Shown piece by piece: positions 10,134-20,420 of a stretch of 64,000 bases of DNA (the stretch's first letter is position 1; the number at the start of each line of letters is the position of its first letter). Under the pieces are notes generated by a model, which ran no database searches, was not told the DNA's origin, and saw only the letters and a list, made by a program, of their open reading frames with translations. The position numbers were made by a program, and so were the translations under genes. The DNA is from Candidatus Heimdallarchaeota archaeon (GTDB lineage: Archaea; Asgardarchaeota; Heimdallarchaeia; JABLTI01): positions 1 through 64,000 of the forward strand of contig JAHLVW010000074.1 in assembly GCA_019058275.1 (NCBI GenBank), in the 5' to 3' direction.

Positions 10134-10428
10134 TCTACTATATACCGTCCTTTCATTTCGTACTTATTATTGACCAAAACTACTAACATTTAAATCTAGT
10201 TCTAATATTGATAACTTTTCACTATTTTCTTTGTAGTTTGGTTATCGTTTTCTTTACTATTTTTCTATCTTTATCTAGCAAATCCTATCTCTTGTATGTT
10301 TCTCTTCGTTTCAAGCTATATTATTTTTCTTTTTATTACATTCGTAATTATTATTCCTTCTGTTCTTAGATACCTTACCAACTAAAAGTTATTAATCTTG
10401 ACTTAGAAAGTAAAACTAAAAAGCTATA

Positions 10429-12084
10429 ATGATTCGTTTCAGTTATGCTACATACGAAGGAACAATAATGAAGAATAATGCTCTGAACATTGTTGTGGTT
10501 GATGCAACAGCTGCAGGGAAAGGTCGTAGAAGATTTACTCGAGATGCTATCGGTATTGGTGTTAGAAGTGTATGTGGTGTTTTTGAAAAGCATTCCATTA
10601 AATCTAGGATTTTTTTAGCGGAAAAAGTTCTTGACAATGGATTCCAAGGAAAATTCTCACATTTATTTATTAGTGGTATGTCCATGGATAAAATCGCTGT
10701 TAATAAAATAATCAAATTATGGCGAAAGAATTTTTCTGGTAAAGTTGTTGTAGGTGGTCCTATTACTTCAGAACTAGCTGATTCTCTTATTTCTACTAAA
10801 GCTGATCTAATCGTCATTGGCGAAGGAGAATTTACTCTTGAAGAATTGATTAGAAATAACTACCTTTCATCTAATGGTAATATTGCTAATATTGAAACTA
10901 TAAATGGTATAGGGTATTTTGATGAGGATAATGAAGTTGTAATTAATAATTTTAGGAAATACTCGACTAGAGAAGAATTCCATTCATTTAAAGCATCAAC
11001 TGAAAGTGTACTTGATTACCCCAATTATTTCTCAGCAAAGGTTTATGTGGAATGTGTAAGAGGATGTTCAAATTTTGGAGGAACTAGGTTAAAATTAAGT
11101 GATGGTCGTGAATGCTCTGAATGTGGTTATTGTGAAAGCGATTGCATAGATGATAGAGCAAACTGCCCAGCTAAAATTCCTCCGGGTTGTGGTTTTTGTA
11201 GTGTTCCAAGTCTTTTTGGTCCTGCAAAAAGCAAGACTGTTAATCATATTGTAAACGAGATCAGTCAATTACTAGACTATGGTGTGAAGAGAATTATATT
11301 AAGTGCACCTGATTTTCTTGATTTTGGACGTGATGATTTAGTCGCCCCAAAACCTTTGTTTCACCCTACTAATCCTAAAGCAAATGTTGATAGGATTGAG
11401 GAATTGCTTTCAAAAATATGCTCATTAGAAAAGGTATCATCTGGAAGGGCTTGGATTGAAGTAGAGAATATCAAAGCAATACTTTTCACAGAGGAAATAG
11501 CTAAAATATTATCTAAATATCTACCTAACACACCTTTTTCGATTGGTTGCGAAACTGGTAGTGAATCTCATGCAAAACTATTAGGTAGACCTAGTGGACC
11601 TAATGATACACTAAGAGCTGTGAAGATTGCTCATAAATATGGATTGAGAGCACATGTTTATTTCATTCACAGTCTACCAGGGCAGAATATGGAAACTACA
11701 AAAGAAACTGCTAAATTAATAAAAAAACTGGAACCTTATATTGAGAAAGTAACTATATACCGTTTTAGACCATTGCCATTTTCTGCTTTTGGTGATTATC
11801 CCGAACCACAACCTGCTGTAAGAAACCCCGAAAGTAAATTGATATCAGAAGCAGCAAATCAAGTAAATCTTTCTAAAAAGAAAGATCTTGTTGGTGAAAC
11901 TGTTAGAGTTGTTATTAGTGAACCAAATTATCGTGACGAAAATGGAACCATTGCTTACATTCTTGGAGGGGGACCTATGGTTGCTGTTGAAAACTCTCGA
12001 GATAAAATTGGTGAAATACTTGAAGTTCAGGTTATAAGAGCTCTTTCTGACAAATTAATTCTCGGAAAAATTAGAGCTTCATAA
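10429..12084 (+). CDS. B12-binding radical SAM protein with a C-terminal TRAM-like domain
   Basis: VVGGP...IGEGE, RGC...CGFC, IGCETGS motifs and a TRAM-like C-terminus. Confidence 0.85.
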   Translation: MIRFSYATYEGTIMKNNALNIVVVDATAAGKGRRRFTRDAIGIGVRSVCGVFEKHSIKSRIFLAEKVLDNGFQGKFSHLFISGMSMDKIAVNKIIKLWRKNFSGKVVVGGPITSELADSLISTKADLIVIGEGEFTLEELIRNNYLSSNGNIANIETINGIGYFDEDNEVVINNFRKYSTREEFHSFKASTESVLDYPNYFSAKVYVECVRGCSNFGGTRLKLSDGRECSECGYCESDCIDDRANCPAKIPPGCGFCSVPSLFGPAKSKTVNHIVNEISQLLDYGVKRIILSAPDFLDFGRDDLVAPKPLFHPTNPKANVDRIEELLSKICSLEKVSSGRAWIEVENIKAILFTEEIAKILSKYLPNTPFSIGCETGSESHAKLLGRPSGPNDTLRAVKIAHKYGLRAHVYFIHSLPGQNMETTKETAKLIKKLEPYIEKVTIYRFRPLPFSAFGDYPEPQPAVRNPESKLISEAANQVNLSKKKDLVGETVRVVISEPNYRDENGTIAYILGGGPMVAVENSRDKIGEILEVQVIRALSDKLILGKIRAS

Positions 12085-12236
12085 ACTTTTTATCAAAAGT
12101 GATAACTAAAAACTGACCCGAAATTTTTAAAATAGTGATAATAGAAAGTTACGAAGTATAAAAACGAAGAAGTTAAAAGAATATTTACTGCATATTTAAT
12201 AGGAAGTGTTGAATTACCTAGAAAGGAGGACAAAAA

Positions 12237-12983
12237 ATGACTCTCAAAATGGTTTTAGCAGACGCAAAAATTTGGAAGAATATTGTTGAATCACTCACTT
12301 TATTAGATGAAGCTAACTTTATCGCATCAGAAAGAGGTATTGAATTACGAGCAATGGATCCCAGCAGAGTTGCTATGGTTGACTTTTTCCTACCAGCAAA
12401 TGCTTTTGAGGAATATGAGTGCTCGGAGGTTACTCGTTTGGGAATCAATCTTGATGAAATGACTCAAATTATGAGACGGACTGGTACCTTAGATGAACTT
12501 GAGATGGAATTAGAAGGAACAGCAAAATTAGTTATGACATTTAAAGGTCAAAACATTCGAAGTTTTGGTATCAGCTTACTTGATTTAGGTGAAACTGAAT
12601 ATCCTGCACCAACAATTGATAGTAAAGCAAAAATCAAACTTACAGCTGAGGCTTTACAACAAGCAGTTAAAGATGCTGAAATTATTGGTGATCATATACG
12701 AATTGTTGCTGATGACAATGGAGTAACACTCTCTGCCTCAAGTGAAACGAAGGATGTTAAAATTTTCATTGAAAAGGACAGCGACGTAATCGCAGAATTT
12801 AATGTTAAAGAAGAATCAAGCGCAATGTATTCTCTTAGTTATTTAACTGAAATGACTAAAGCCATTAAGGCAAGTGAATTGGTTATGCTAGCCTTTTCAG
12901 CAAGTATGCCCATTCAACTAGAATTTCCAATTATTGCTGGAGGAAAATTAACCTATTATCTTGCACCAAGAATTGAAACTTGA
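12237..12983 (+). CDS. pcn: PCNA sliding clamp
   Basis: LRAMDPSRVAMV, YSLSYL and YYLAPRIE motifs. Confidence 0.97.
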   Translation: MTLKMVLADAKIWKNIVESLTLLDEANFIASERGIELRAMDPSRVAMVDFFLPANAFEEYECSEVTRLGINLDEMTQIMRRTGTLDELEMELEGTAKLVMTFKGQNIRSFGISLLDLGETEYPAPTIDSKAKIKLTAEALQQAVKDAEIIGDHIRIVADDNGVTLSASSETKDVKIFIEKDSDVIAEFNVKEESSAMYSLSYLTEMTKAIKASELVMLAFSASMPIQLEFPIIAGGKLTYYLAPRIET

Positions 12984-13169
12984 GCAGTTTCTGTCTTGTT
13001 TATTGGTAATTTATTACCAATACCTTCTTTCTTTAACACCGACAGTTTGGAAAAAATTGGAGTTGTGGTAATAACAACTTACTTTAGTGAGAAGCAAAAG
13101 TAAGTGTATAGAAAAAAATAGCAATGAAGGACACTCTGCAGTTAAAGCAGTGAGGTTGTTGTATAATAA

Positions 13170-13772
13170 ATGGCAAAGGATGACCAGTATAAGCAAATAT
13201 TTCAACTTTGGAGAAGTGAAAGAAAATCAAACAAATTACTTGAAATAAAAGGTGGTATGTATTCCACTATTCGACAACAAATTACTTCTCTTGAAAAGGA
13301 ATTAGAAAAAATAGATTCAAAAGATAAAGCATCAATCCAAGTTATTAGCGCCAGGATTGAACGATTAAATAAAATTCTACGTGATTTATCAAAACTTAGA
13401 ATGCATAAAATAATCCATGATTTATTTGATAGTACCTTAAATAAAAGTGGACTAGCGGCAGAAGAAGTTGATTTAGTTAAGAGTCTCGAGAGAATTTTCG
13501 ACAATCATCATAAGAAGAGCGTTTTAGGGGAAGCAATTCCTGAAGTAGGTAAGGATTTTAATTTAGTTAAAGACGATGAAAGCAGCTTCAGTTTGATAAC
13601 TGTTAGGATACTAAAGGATATTCCTGAAATAGCAGATGCTTCAGCTAAAGGTAAAACTAAAAGGTCATTTGGACCTTTCAAAAAAGAAGACGTTGTTAGG
13701 TTACCTTTTGCTTATGCACAAACCTTGATAATGAAAAATGCTGCAGATAGGATCGATCTCCCTGATCTGTGA
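13170..13772 (+). CDS. gins15: GINS subunit (Gins15/51 type)
   Basis: Helical A-domain with RMHKI; B-domain VRILKDIP...GPFKKEDVVRLP; follows PCNA. Confidence 0.85.
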   Translation: MAKDDQYKQIFQLWRSERKSNKLLEIKGGMYSTIRQQITSLEKELEKIDSKDKASIQVISARIERLNKILRDLSKLRMHKIIHDLFDSTLNKSGLAAEEVDLVKSLERIFDNHHKKSVLGEAIPEVGKDFNLVKDDESSFSLITVRILKDIPEIADASAKGKTKRSFGPFKKEDVVRLPFAYAQTLIMKNAADRIDLPDL

Positions 13773-13796
13773 AATTTAATTCATTTTTCATTTGAA

Positions 13797-13994
13797 TTAT
13801 TCTTTCTTTTCAGGTTCTACAATTTTACCAAGAATCTTGCATTTTCCACCAGCTGGTTTTGCTAAAAGACAATTGCAAACAAGGCATTTTACTTCTGTGG
13901 AAGCATGATTGAAGACTCTTTGTACTTTATTACAATCTGGACATTCTACTTGTAAGAATTCTGATTTTGGTCTTGGAATTACTGGTTCAGACAC
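13797..13994 (-). CDS. rps27e: Ribosomal protein eS27
   Basis: PKSEFLQVECPDC...VFNHAS..VKCLVC...PAGGK. Confidence 0.95.
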   Translation of the reverse strand: MSEPVIPRPKSEFLQVECPDCNKVQRVFNHASTEVKCLVCNCLLAKPAGGKCKILGKIVEPEKKE

Positions 13995-14124
13995 TGTTAA
14001 TACATACTCCTAAGTATCTAGTTTTATTGTTTTGACAAACCCAAGGTTCAGCATTTAAAACTTACTACAAGTCACTTTTATTTGTGTAAACTTGTTCATC
14101 TAAGAAATTTTGAATCATTTTGTG

Positions 14125-14823
14125 TTATTTGAGAACGTATCCACAATTAGAACAATATTCCCTATTTGGTTCAAAGAGATTGTTGCATATTGGGCAAATT
14201 CCTTGGGCTAATTTTTCTTCTCTTTCCCTCAATTCTTGAGCACTTGCCCTTCTATCCTCAGGCATCGTTGATTCGCTTTTTGCAGGCATTTTCTGGATTA
14301 ACACATAATCATCTTCAATAATAAAATTCGAATCTTCTGCAAGTATTTCAATTACACTTTCAATAGGAATCATTGTAATAGTACTTATCCACTGTAGGCT
14401 GGTTTTTTCCTTATTACTCACTAGTTCTTTGATTTTTATTTTCTTTCCTTCTTTTGACTGAAAATCTATTTCTCTTAACTCCTCAGGTTTTCTGTATTGC
14501 TGAATTTTTGATTCTTTTGTTTTTTCTTCGTTCAAAATTTTCTTTCTTGTTTGTTTGATTATTCGTTCATCTGTGCGTTGTTTAGTTCTAGTATATTCTG
14601 ATTTCTCGTAGGGATCAACATCAGCATCTTTATAACGATAATCTCTATGAGCTCGGATTTCAATTGGAAGAGAACCATTTTGAGTGTCTTTTTTCATCAA
14701 GAAAACATCCCCTCTTCCTTCTCTTCTTAGTCTTCGAGCAAATAGGACTATAAAACCAACAATTCCCAAGATTAAAATAAAGATCGCTATTCCCGCCATT
14801 ATCCAACTAAATAAGCTCGCCAT
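14125..14823 (-). CDS. Membrane-anchored protein with a C-terminal double zinc ribbon
   Basis: N-terminal TM helix; CPIC...CSNCG. Confidence 0.75.
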   Translation of the reverse strand: MASLFSWIMAGIAIFILILGIVGFIVLFARRLRREGRGDVFLMKKDTQNGSLPIEIRAHRDYRYKDADVDPYEKSEYTRTKQRTDERIIKQTRKKILNEEKTKESKIQQYRKPEELREIDFQSKEGKKIKIKELVSNKEKTSLQWISTITMIPIESVIEILAEDSNFIIEDDYVLIQKMPAKSESTMPEDRRASAQELREREEKLAQGICPICNNLFEPNREYCSNCGYVLK

Positions 14824-14979
14824 TCAAATACACAATTAATAATTTCGTGAATGACTATTTATAGCTTTACAATCCAAATGGTTATGGTTTGTATAGAAAA
14901 TATTCAAAACACAAGTCACAAAAAATATTAAATAGAGAAAGATTTTCATTTACAACAGCTAATAATATTTTATTCTCAT

Positions 14980-15087
14980 AGGCCCGTAGTTCAGCCCGGA
15001 TAGAATGCTCGGCTTCGGAAGCACTCTCATGCGATTGTGCTGAAGTAACCGAGAGGTTCGGCGGTTCGAATCCGTCCGGGCCTGCCA
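14980..15087 (+). tRNA. tRNA-Arg(TCG) with a 29-nt intron at 37/38 (15019-15047)
   Basis: Acceptor AGGCCCG/CGGGCCT-G-CCA; anticodon stem CTCGG/CCGAG; BHB helix CTTC/GAAG; T-loop TTCGAAT. Confidence 0.93.
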
Positions 15088-15115
15088 TTTTACTTGGAAA
15101 TTCGTTTTTTAGTTA

Positions 15116-15322
15116 CTAATCTGGTGGCTTTATATCCTTCCGGGACTCTGATGCTGGTTTACCATCAATACCCCAATGTGTTTTTGGAGTTTCATGAATA
15201 ACTATATGGACAGCTTGAGGAGGAATATCCATATCCACAAAAACTTTTGTTATTCCTTCAATAACTTGTTTTATTTTTTCTTCACCAAAACCTTTCCAAA
15301 GATGAACATGTATTATAGGCAT
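15116..15322 (-). CDS. 4-oxalocrotonate tautomerase family protein
   Basis: N-terminal Pro (MPIIHV); VHIVIHE.PK.HWGIDG. Confidence 0.9.
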   Translation of the reverse strand: MPIIHVHLWKGFGEEKIKQVIEGITKVFVDMDIPPQAVHIVIHETPKTHWGIDGKPASESRKDIKPPD

Positions 15323-15531
15323 AAATTTGCACCATATGCATTATGAGTTATAATTTTAAATATTTTTTTAACTTCATTTAAAGGAAGATCTTAAGGTAAT
15401 AGTTGAGAAAGAACAGATACGAGTAAAGAAGATTGTATTTTAAGAAAAATTTCACTTTAAAACTCTATTACTAAAAACTTAATAGTAGTAATTATACAAC
15501 ATATAATTATTATAACTTCAAGGTGTATCGA

Positions 15532-15651
15532 ATGGCTTTAACTTGGTGGGCAATTTTACTAATTGTTCTTGGAAGTGTTGTTGGTTTTATAGCAATACTG
15601 GTTATTGGTTATATGGCATTTCTTGCTATTACTGCTGATTCGCGGCAGTGA
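15532..15651 (+). CDS. 39-aa single-TM membrane peptide (MALTWWAILLIVLGSVVGFIAILVIGYMAFLAITADSRQ)
   Basis: AGGTG RBS, long hydrophobic run, downstream GCGCCAC/GTGGTGC hairpin with a T-tract. Confidence 0.65.
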   Translation: MALTWWAILLIVLGSVVGFIAILVIGYMAFLAITADSRQ

Positions 15652-15722
15652 GTTGTATCATTATACTAGCTTATCTATAAAACGCATTGTTGCGCCACTG
15701 TTTGTGGTGCTTTCTCTTTTTA

Positions 15723-17300
15723 TTATCCGATAATTTTAGCTATTTCTTTGTTTACGTTTTCAGCAATGTTTTTCTTTTCATCTTTCTCTGATTTTCCTAG
15801 CCCTATTTCTGAAAATACCTTCGTGTATCTTCCTGTTCCACTTGGTCTTATACTCACTATCAACATGTTTTCTTTTGAGTCTTGTAATATCAAGTTCTGT
15901 CCATCTAAGGTTGAGTGGTAAATCACTTGAAATTGTTTTTTGAAAAATTTGATGATGTCATCTGTTGACTTTAGAACCTTTTCTAGTCTTTGTGGATAAT
16001 TCAACTCCAGCATATCTATCTGTTTTCTTGCAACCTCAACAGATGGATACTTTGGTAAATCTTCATTCTTTGTGAACAAATGCATTAGCCACAGTGCTTG
16101 CTGAAATGGTGATTTCATGCATATCGGGTGTGTCTTACTGAAGTAAATATTAGTATAATCTGCTCCTGAAATTCTTTTCATCTTTGGGTTCTTATTGATT
16201 AGTTCCGTTACCCCTAAAAAGAAAGCAGGTTCTCCTTGAGCTGTAGCATATACCCTAGGAGTCAAATCTGCTAAGGCAGTTAGCATTATTAATGAAATTC
16301 TCTCTTGTACCAAAATATACTCTTCAGGTTTTCTCACCTTTGATTCAGCTATAAGCCCTGTTGTAAATGATTCTTCTTGATTTGTTACTATTCTTTCTCG
16401 ACCCTTTCCAGGTAATTTCAACAGAAATGTTCTGTCAGCATCCGCATCATGATCAAAAACTGCCTTAGTTTGATTGTAGTATTTTTCTGTTAATTCATCC
16501 CAAATTTCACGTGGATCTCTATCCAGAGCAATTGGGTTTAGTTTATTGTTATGTAGTTCTATCTCTGCATTTGTTTCGCTCTTAATTAAGTTCCATACTT
16601 CGCCTGCCATACTATGCCTACAATCAACAATGTATTCCCCTTCAATTTTATCTAATGGAGTTACCTTCTTTATTGAAGAGAAAAAGTACTCTCTCATATC
16701 TTTGGCAGCTATTTGCTCACTTTTTCCAATATCTTTTGGATGAACCATTTTATCATTATCTAGTGTTTTTTCGATTACTGGTGCAAGTGTTCTTGGTAAA
16801 AAGCCGTAAATTTTATCCATTTCAGCTTTATTTAGGCTTTCTATGTTTGCTCCATTTTTTTCTAGTAATTCCAAAGCGTTTCTTGCACTTATCACTAATT
16901 TCAATCCTATGTATTGTTGCGGATTATGACTTCTTCCAAAGAAGCAACCTGGTATTCCTAGCTTATAACAAGAATACATGAATTCTGGTACAGTTACTGG
17001 TCCATCTAGTTCTTTGATACTTATACCACAACGTCTCAAATACTCTCTAGCACTTTTAGATATTGATTGATGTACACGACTCCCATCATACCCTAATAGA
17101 ATCTCACTCTCAAGTGTCTTTGCAAATGATGCTGCATATTTTTCGAAGAAATCAACATTATATGCTAAATAAAGATCTCTCGGACCATTTGTGCCTGTTT
17201 TTTGCGCTAATTCTATATTAAAATTATATTCTGATACATATCCTGGATTGGAAGTGCTTAGTTTTAGAGGAACTAGTTCTGGGAGAATCATCAAACCCAC
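15723..17300 (-). CDS. Alpha-D-phosphohexomutase family (PMM/PGM-like), divergent
   Basis: GYDGS, RSHNP..YIGLK, DADADR and IRPSGT motifs. Confidence 0.85.
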   Translation of the reverse strand: MGLMILPELVPLKLSTSNPGYVSEYNFNIELAQKTGTNGPRDLYLAYNVDFFEKYAASFAKTLESEILLGYDGSRVHQSISKSAREYLRRCGISIKELDGPVTVPEFMYSCYKLGIPGCFFGRSHNPQQYIGLKLVISARNALELLEKNGANIESLNKAEMDKIYGFLPRTLAPVIEKTLDNDKMVHPKDIGKSEQIAAKDMREYFFSSIKKVTPLDKIEGEYIVDCRHSMAGEVWNLIKSETNAEIELHNNKLNPIALDRDPREIWDELTEKYYNQTKAVFDHDADADRTFLLKLPGKGRERIVTNQEESFTTGLIAESKVRKPEEYILVQERISLIMLTALADLTPRVYATAQGEPAFFLGVTELINKNPKMKRISGADYTNIYFSKTHPICMKSPFQQALWLMHLFTKNEDLPKYPSVEVARKQIDMLELNYPQRLEKVLKSTDDIIKFFKKQFQVIYHSTLDGQNLILQDSKENMLIVSIRPSGTGRYTKVFSEIGLGKSEKDEKKNIAENVNKEIAKIIG

Positions 17301-17375
17301 CTATTAGTTTTATTAGTCAAAACTAATATTAATCAATATATTAAGTTCTTCTCCCTTAATTGTGTCGGTGATACT

Positions 17376-17777
17376 TTGAAATCCTTGAGTTTAGGTGGTA
17401 TTTGTTCTGATTTCTCATGTGCTTCGTGTTGTAAAGATACACAGATGATTCTATCCCTTAAAGATATTGAACATATTAAGAATGTGGGATTTAAAGAAGA
17501 GGAATTTTGTTTCAAGGATGAGGATGGTTACCATAAGCTCAAAAATGTTGATGATGTATGTTTCTTTCTAAAAAACAACAAATGTACAATCTATGACCAT
17601 CGTCCTCGAGGTTGTAAATTTTATCCTATTGTTTTTGATATAGATAGAAATAAACCAGCTCTTGATGAGGATTGCCCATTAATAGACAAAATATCAGATA
17701 AAATAGTCAAGAGCTTCGAAAAAGATCTTTTGAAATTTGTTAGAGTGATAAAGAAAGAGAAAACATCTAACATTTGA
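17376..17777 (+). CDS. YkgJ-family CxxCC zinc/iron-chelating protein
   Basis: CASCC...CFFL...CTIYDHRPRGCKFYP. Confidence 0.9.
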   Translation: MKSLSLGGICSDFSCASCCKDTQMILSLKDIEHIKNVGFKEEEFCFKDEDGYHKLKNVDDVCFFLKNNKCTIYDHRPRGCKFYPIVFDIDRNKPALDEDCPLIDKISDKIVKSFEKDLLKFVRVIKKEKTSNI

Positions 17778-18537
17778 TTTTATCTTTTTTAGTTGCCAAT
17801 TTTTTAGCTAATTGTGATTCTCCTATGGATTCAAGTATTTTTATTGCGTTTACGTATTCCTTTTCAGCAATTTGCTTGCAATCAGAATCATTCATCTCGA
17901 GATAATACTTAGCTAGTTTTTCGTGTGCAAAAGCTTTGTTCTTTTTAGAAAGATATGTACTTTTATTTACATTCTTTTTCTCTTCTAGTAATGATTGTTT
18001 AAATGCTTCATCGATATCTTTCTTATCTACCAAAATTATATCGAATAGGGTTGATATTTTATCATATACATTACTTATTCTATCGAACAAGTGTATGGCT
18101 GTTTCATAATCTTTCTTCTCCATTGCATCTTTACTTAATTTTTCAAAGTATTTTACAGACGATTCTAAACAGCTTTTTGCTTTATCATAGCTTTGTATTA
18201 AACTATAACCTAAACCTGCTTCTTCGTAATTTGCAGCGGTTTCTTTTAGATCTTTATCTTCTTCTGCTTTCTTAGCAACTGATTCAAATCCCAGTGCTGC
18301 TTTCTTTAAACTTATAATGCCAATTGCTTGATATAGACGATTAATTCTTGGTTCTTTATCAAGTAAATATTTCCAAGCTCGCACTGCAGCGATAGCAAAT
18401 TCGATTGCTTGCTCTAAATCGTTGTTATCTTGTGCTAAACCAACAAGATGCTCATAGGTTTTTGCGGAATCTTCCCACCTACTTGCATTATAGTTTGCTT
18501 CAGCCTCAGATTTTAGTTGATTTATTTGAGATTTCAT
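17767..18537 (-). CDS. TPR/alpha-SNAP-like helical repeat protein
   Basis: Repeated A..YE.AG..Y...KA helical pattern. Confidence 0.65.
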   Translation of the reverse strand: MKSQINQLKSEAEANYNASRWEDSAKTYEHLVGLAQDNNDLEQAIEFAIAAVRAWKYLLDKEPRINRLYQAIGIISLKKAALGFESVAKKAEEDKDLKETAANYEEAGLGYSLIQSYDKAKSCLESSVKYFEKLSKDAMEKKDYETAIHLFDRISNVYDKISTLFDIILVDKKDIDEAFKQSLLEEKKNVNKSTYLSKKNKAFAHEKLAKYYLEMNDSDCKQIAEKEYVNAIKILESIGESQLAKKLATKKDKIKC

Positions 18538-18650
18538 TCCCAGCCAACCATTGATTTTAACATTAATTCTTAAATGGTTTAAGCTCTTTAAATTCTATGG
18601 TATGATACAATTCGAAAAAAAAGAAAAAAGGGATTGATGAGTAATGTTCA

Positions 18651-20420
18651 TTACTCAGTCTCTTCTTCTTCAACAGCTTCATCTGTTTCGTATTCTTCTA
18701 AGTCAACTTCTGATTCGTCTTCTTCTACTTCTTTAATATCATCTTCAACAGCAGTCTCAACTTTATGTGTTCTAACTACTTTAATATAGAAGAATGTTAA
18801 GGCGACAATTCCAATAGCAATAGATATGACATAGCTAATTATGTAGGGTATTGGTACAGGTAATGGGTCTGCTTCTGCAGTAAAGATTTCAACATAGATA
18901 TCATTAGTGATGTTATAACCATGCCCTCTTTTATGCGATATCACGTTAATATAAACAGTTCCTCTTCTTATTCCTTCAGTTTCAATTGTGCCTTCAAAGA
19001 AGGAATTGTTGACAGGATTCAAGTATAAAGTATGTTCAATTTTTTCAGTTCGCCAGACTTTTAGTGTGACATTTATTGAATCAACGACAGTTTTATTTTG
19101 AGCAGTCAATGATAGGTTTGCTTCTAATAAATCCCCTCTATTAAGGGATAGAGTACTTAATTGAAAGTCGTCACTTTGAATAACAGCATACATTTTTCCC
19201 ACCCATTGTATTATTCTTTGAAAGAATGCATCATTGAAGGAATATCGTCCAACCATTGTGTTATTGAATATGTCAGCTGAACCAATTCCAACTATTCGTC
19301 CATTTCTTGAGTTCTCTGATGCAACAATAAATGTATTATTGACTCCAATGGTTTCATTTATTCCTACAGTAATATCGTGATCTATGTCACCAAAAATCGT
19401 TTCATTTCCATTAGCAAAAACATAACTATCAATTATCATAATATCATCTGTTAAGTTAGTTTTCACTCGATTTTCTTCAATCCAAGATACATTATAATTT
19501 AGAAGAGTTCCAATATATTTCAACTTACTAACAGTATCATCTGTAAGTGGCACGTATTGATTTTCGGTGGTTATCGGATGGTCAAGTAAATCAGTTATCA
19601 AGAATTCTGATAGAGTATTGTTCTCACCCACAGGATCACTTAGATCTGTGGAGTTGATAAACCTCGCAGTGGCATTACTGAATTCAAATCCGAATGGTCG
19701 CGTAAATTCATACGCATTTGTATATGCTGTATCGTATGATCCTGCAATTACTAAACTTCCACCATTATCAAGATATTCTTGAATAACTATAATTTCATTA
19801 TCTGTAAAGTCTACATCAGGTTCAAGTATAACTAAGATATCTGCCCCTTCTAAACCATCAGCTGTAATGAAATCAGCATGGTTTATTCTTACTTCAAAGT
19901 CATTATCAGTAGCTGTCCAATTTCCTATAGATGAATATTTTAGATTAGTATATGTTGTATTTGTATTATGCCTGAAATCAAAGAAGATATTGATATCTTC
20001 TGGTCTTGGCATGTCAGGTACGTAAGGGTCTTCAATATACATTGTACCTGTTTCTGAGCAATTTAATGATGAATAAGTAAATGATCCTAATTTATTAGCT
20101 TCAAATTCTACTGTTTCAGTAGCTAAAGCTGCAATTGTTACATTAATATCGTACTCTAGAATGTAGAATGTATGATCTAAATCTGCACTTTCTATTGTTA
20201 TGTTTACAGTTGCACTTTCTTTCACTGTAAATTCAGCTGGAGTAAATTCTGTTTCAGATACAGTGATGTCAATATAAACTGTTCCAATATGAAATAGATC
20301 CGGTGTTATTTCTTCATTAATATCTTGATATTGTACCGCATTTATTGCTAAGCTATTTCCAAGGATAATAAATGCAATAATAGATATTATCCAAAGTAAA
20401 TTTCTTGTCTTCATTTGCAA
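18651..20420 (-). CDS. Type I membrane protein: cupredoxin-like + GIFT domain + Ig-like + TM (WBP1/OST48-like)
   Basis: Signal peptide; FTPAEFTVK...DLDHTF; ILEPDVDFTDNE..YLDNGGSLVIAG; GRIVGIGSADIF..NDAFFQRIIQWV; C-terminal TM and acidic tail. Confidence 0.7.
   Translation of the reverse strand: MQMKTRNLLWIISIIAFIILGNSLAINAVQYQDINEEITPDLFHIGTVYIDITVSETEFTPAEFTVKESATVNITIESADLDHTFYILEYDINVTIAALATETVEFEANKLGSFTYSSLNCSETGTMYIEDPYVPDMPRPEDINIFFDFRHNTNTTYTNLKYSSIGNWTATDNDFEVRINHADFITADGLEGADILVILEPDVDFTDNEIIVIQEYLDNGGSLVIAGSYDTAYTNAYEFTRPFGFEFSNATARFINSTDLSDPVGENNTLSEFLITDLLDHPITTENQYVPLTDDTVSKLKYIGTLLNYNVSWIEENRVKTNLTDDIMIIDSYVFANGNETIFGDIDHDITVGINETIGVNNTFIVASENSRNGRIVGIGSADIFNNTMVGRYSFNDAFFQRIIQWVGKMYAVIQSDDFQLSTLSLNRGDLLEANLSLTAQNKTVVDSINVTLKVWRTEKIEHTLYLNPVNNSFFEGTIETEGIRRGTVYINVISHKRGHGYNITNDIYVEIFTAEADPLPVPIPYIISYVISIAIGIVALTFFYIKVVRTHKVETAVEDDIKEVEEDESEVDLEEYETDEAVEEEETE

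Noticed and set aside
14882-15088. ORFs overlapping tRNA genes (also 23835-24059 and 24095-24307)
   Set aside because: Antisense shadows of tRNA genes.
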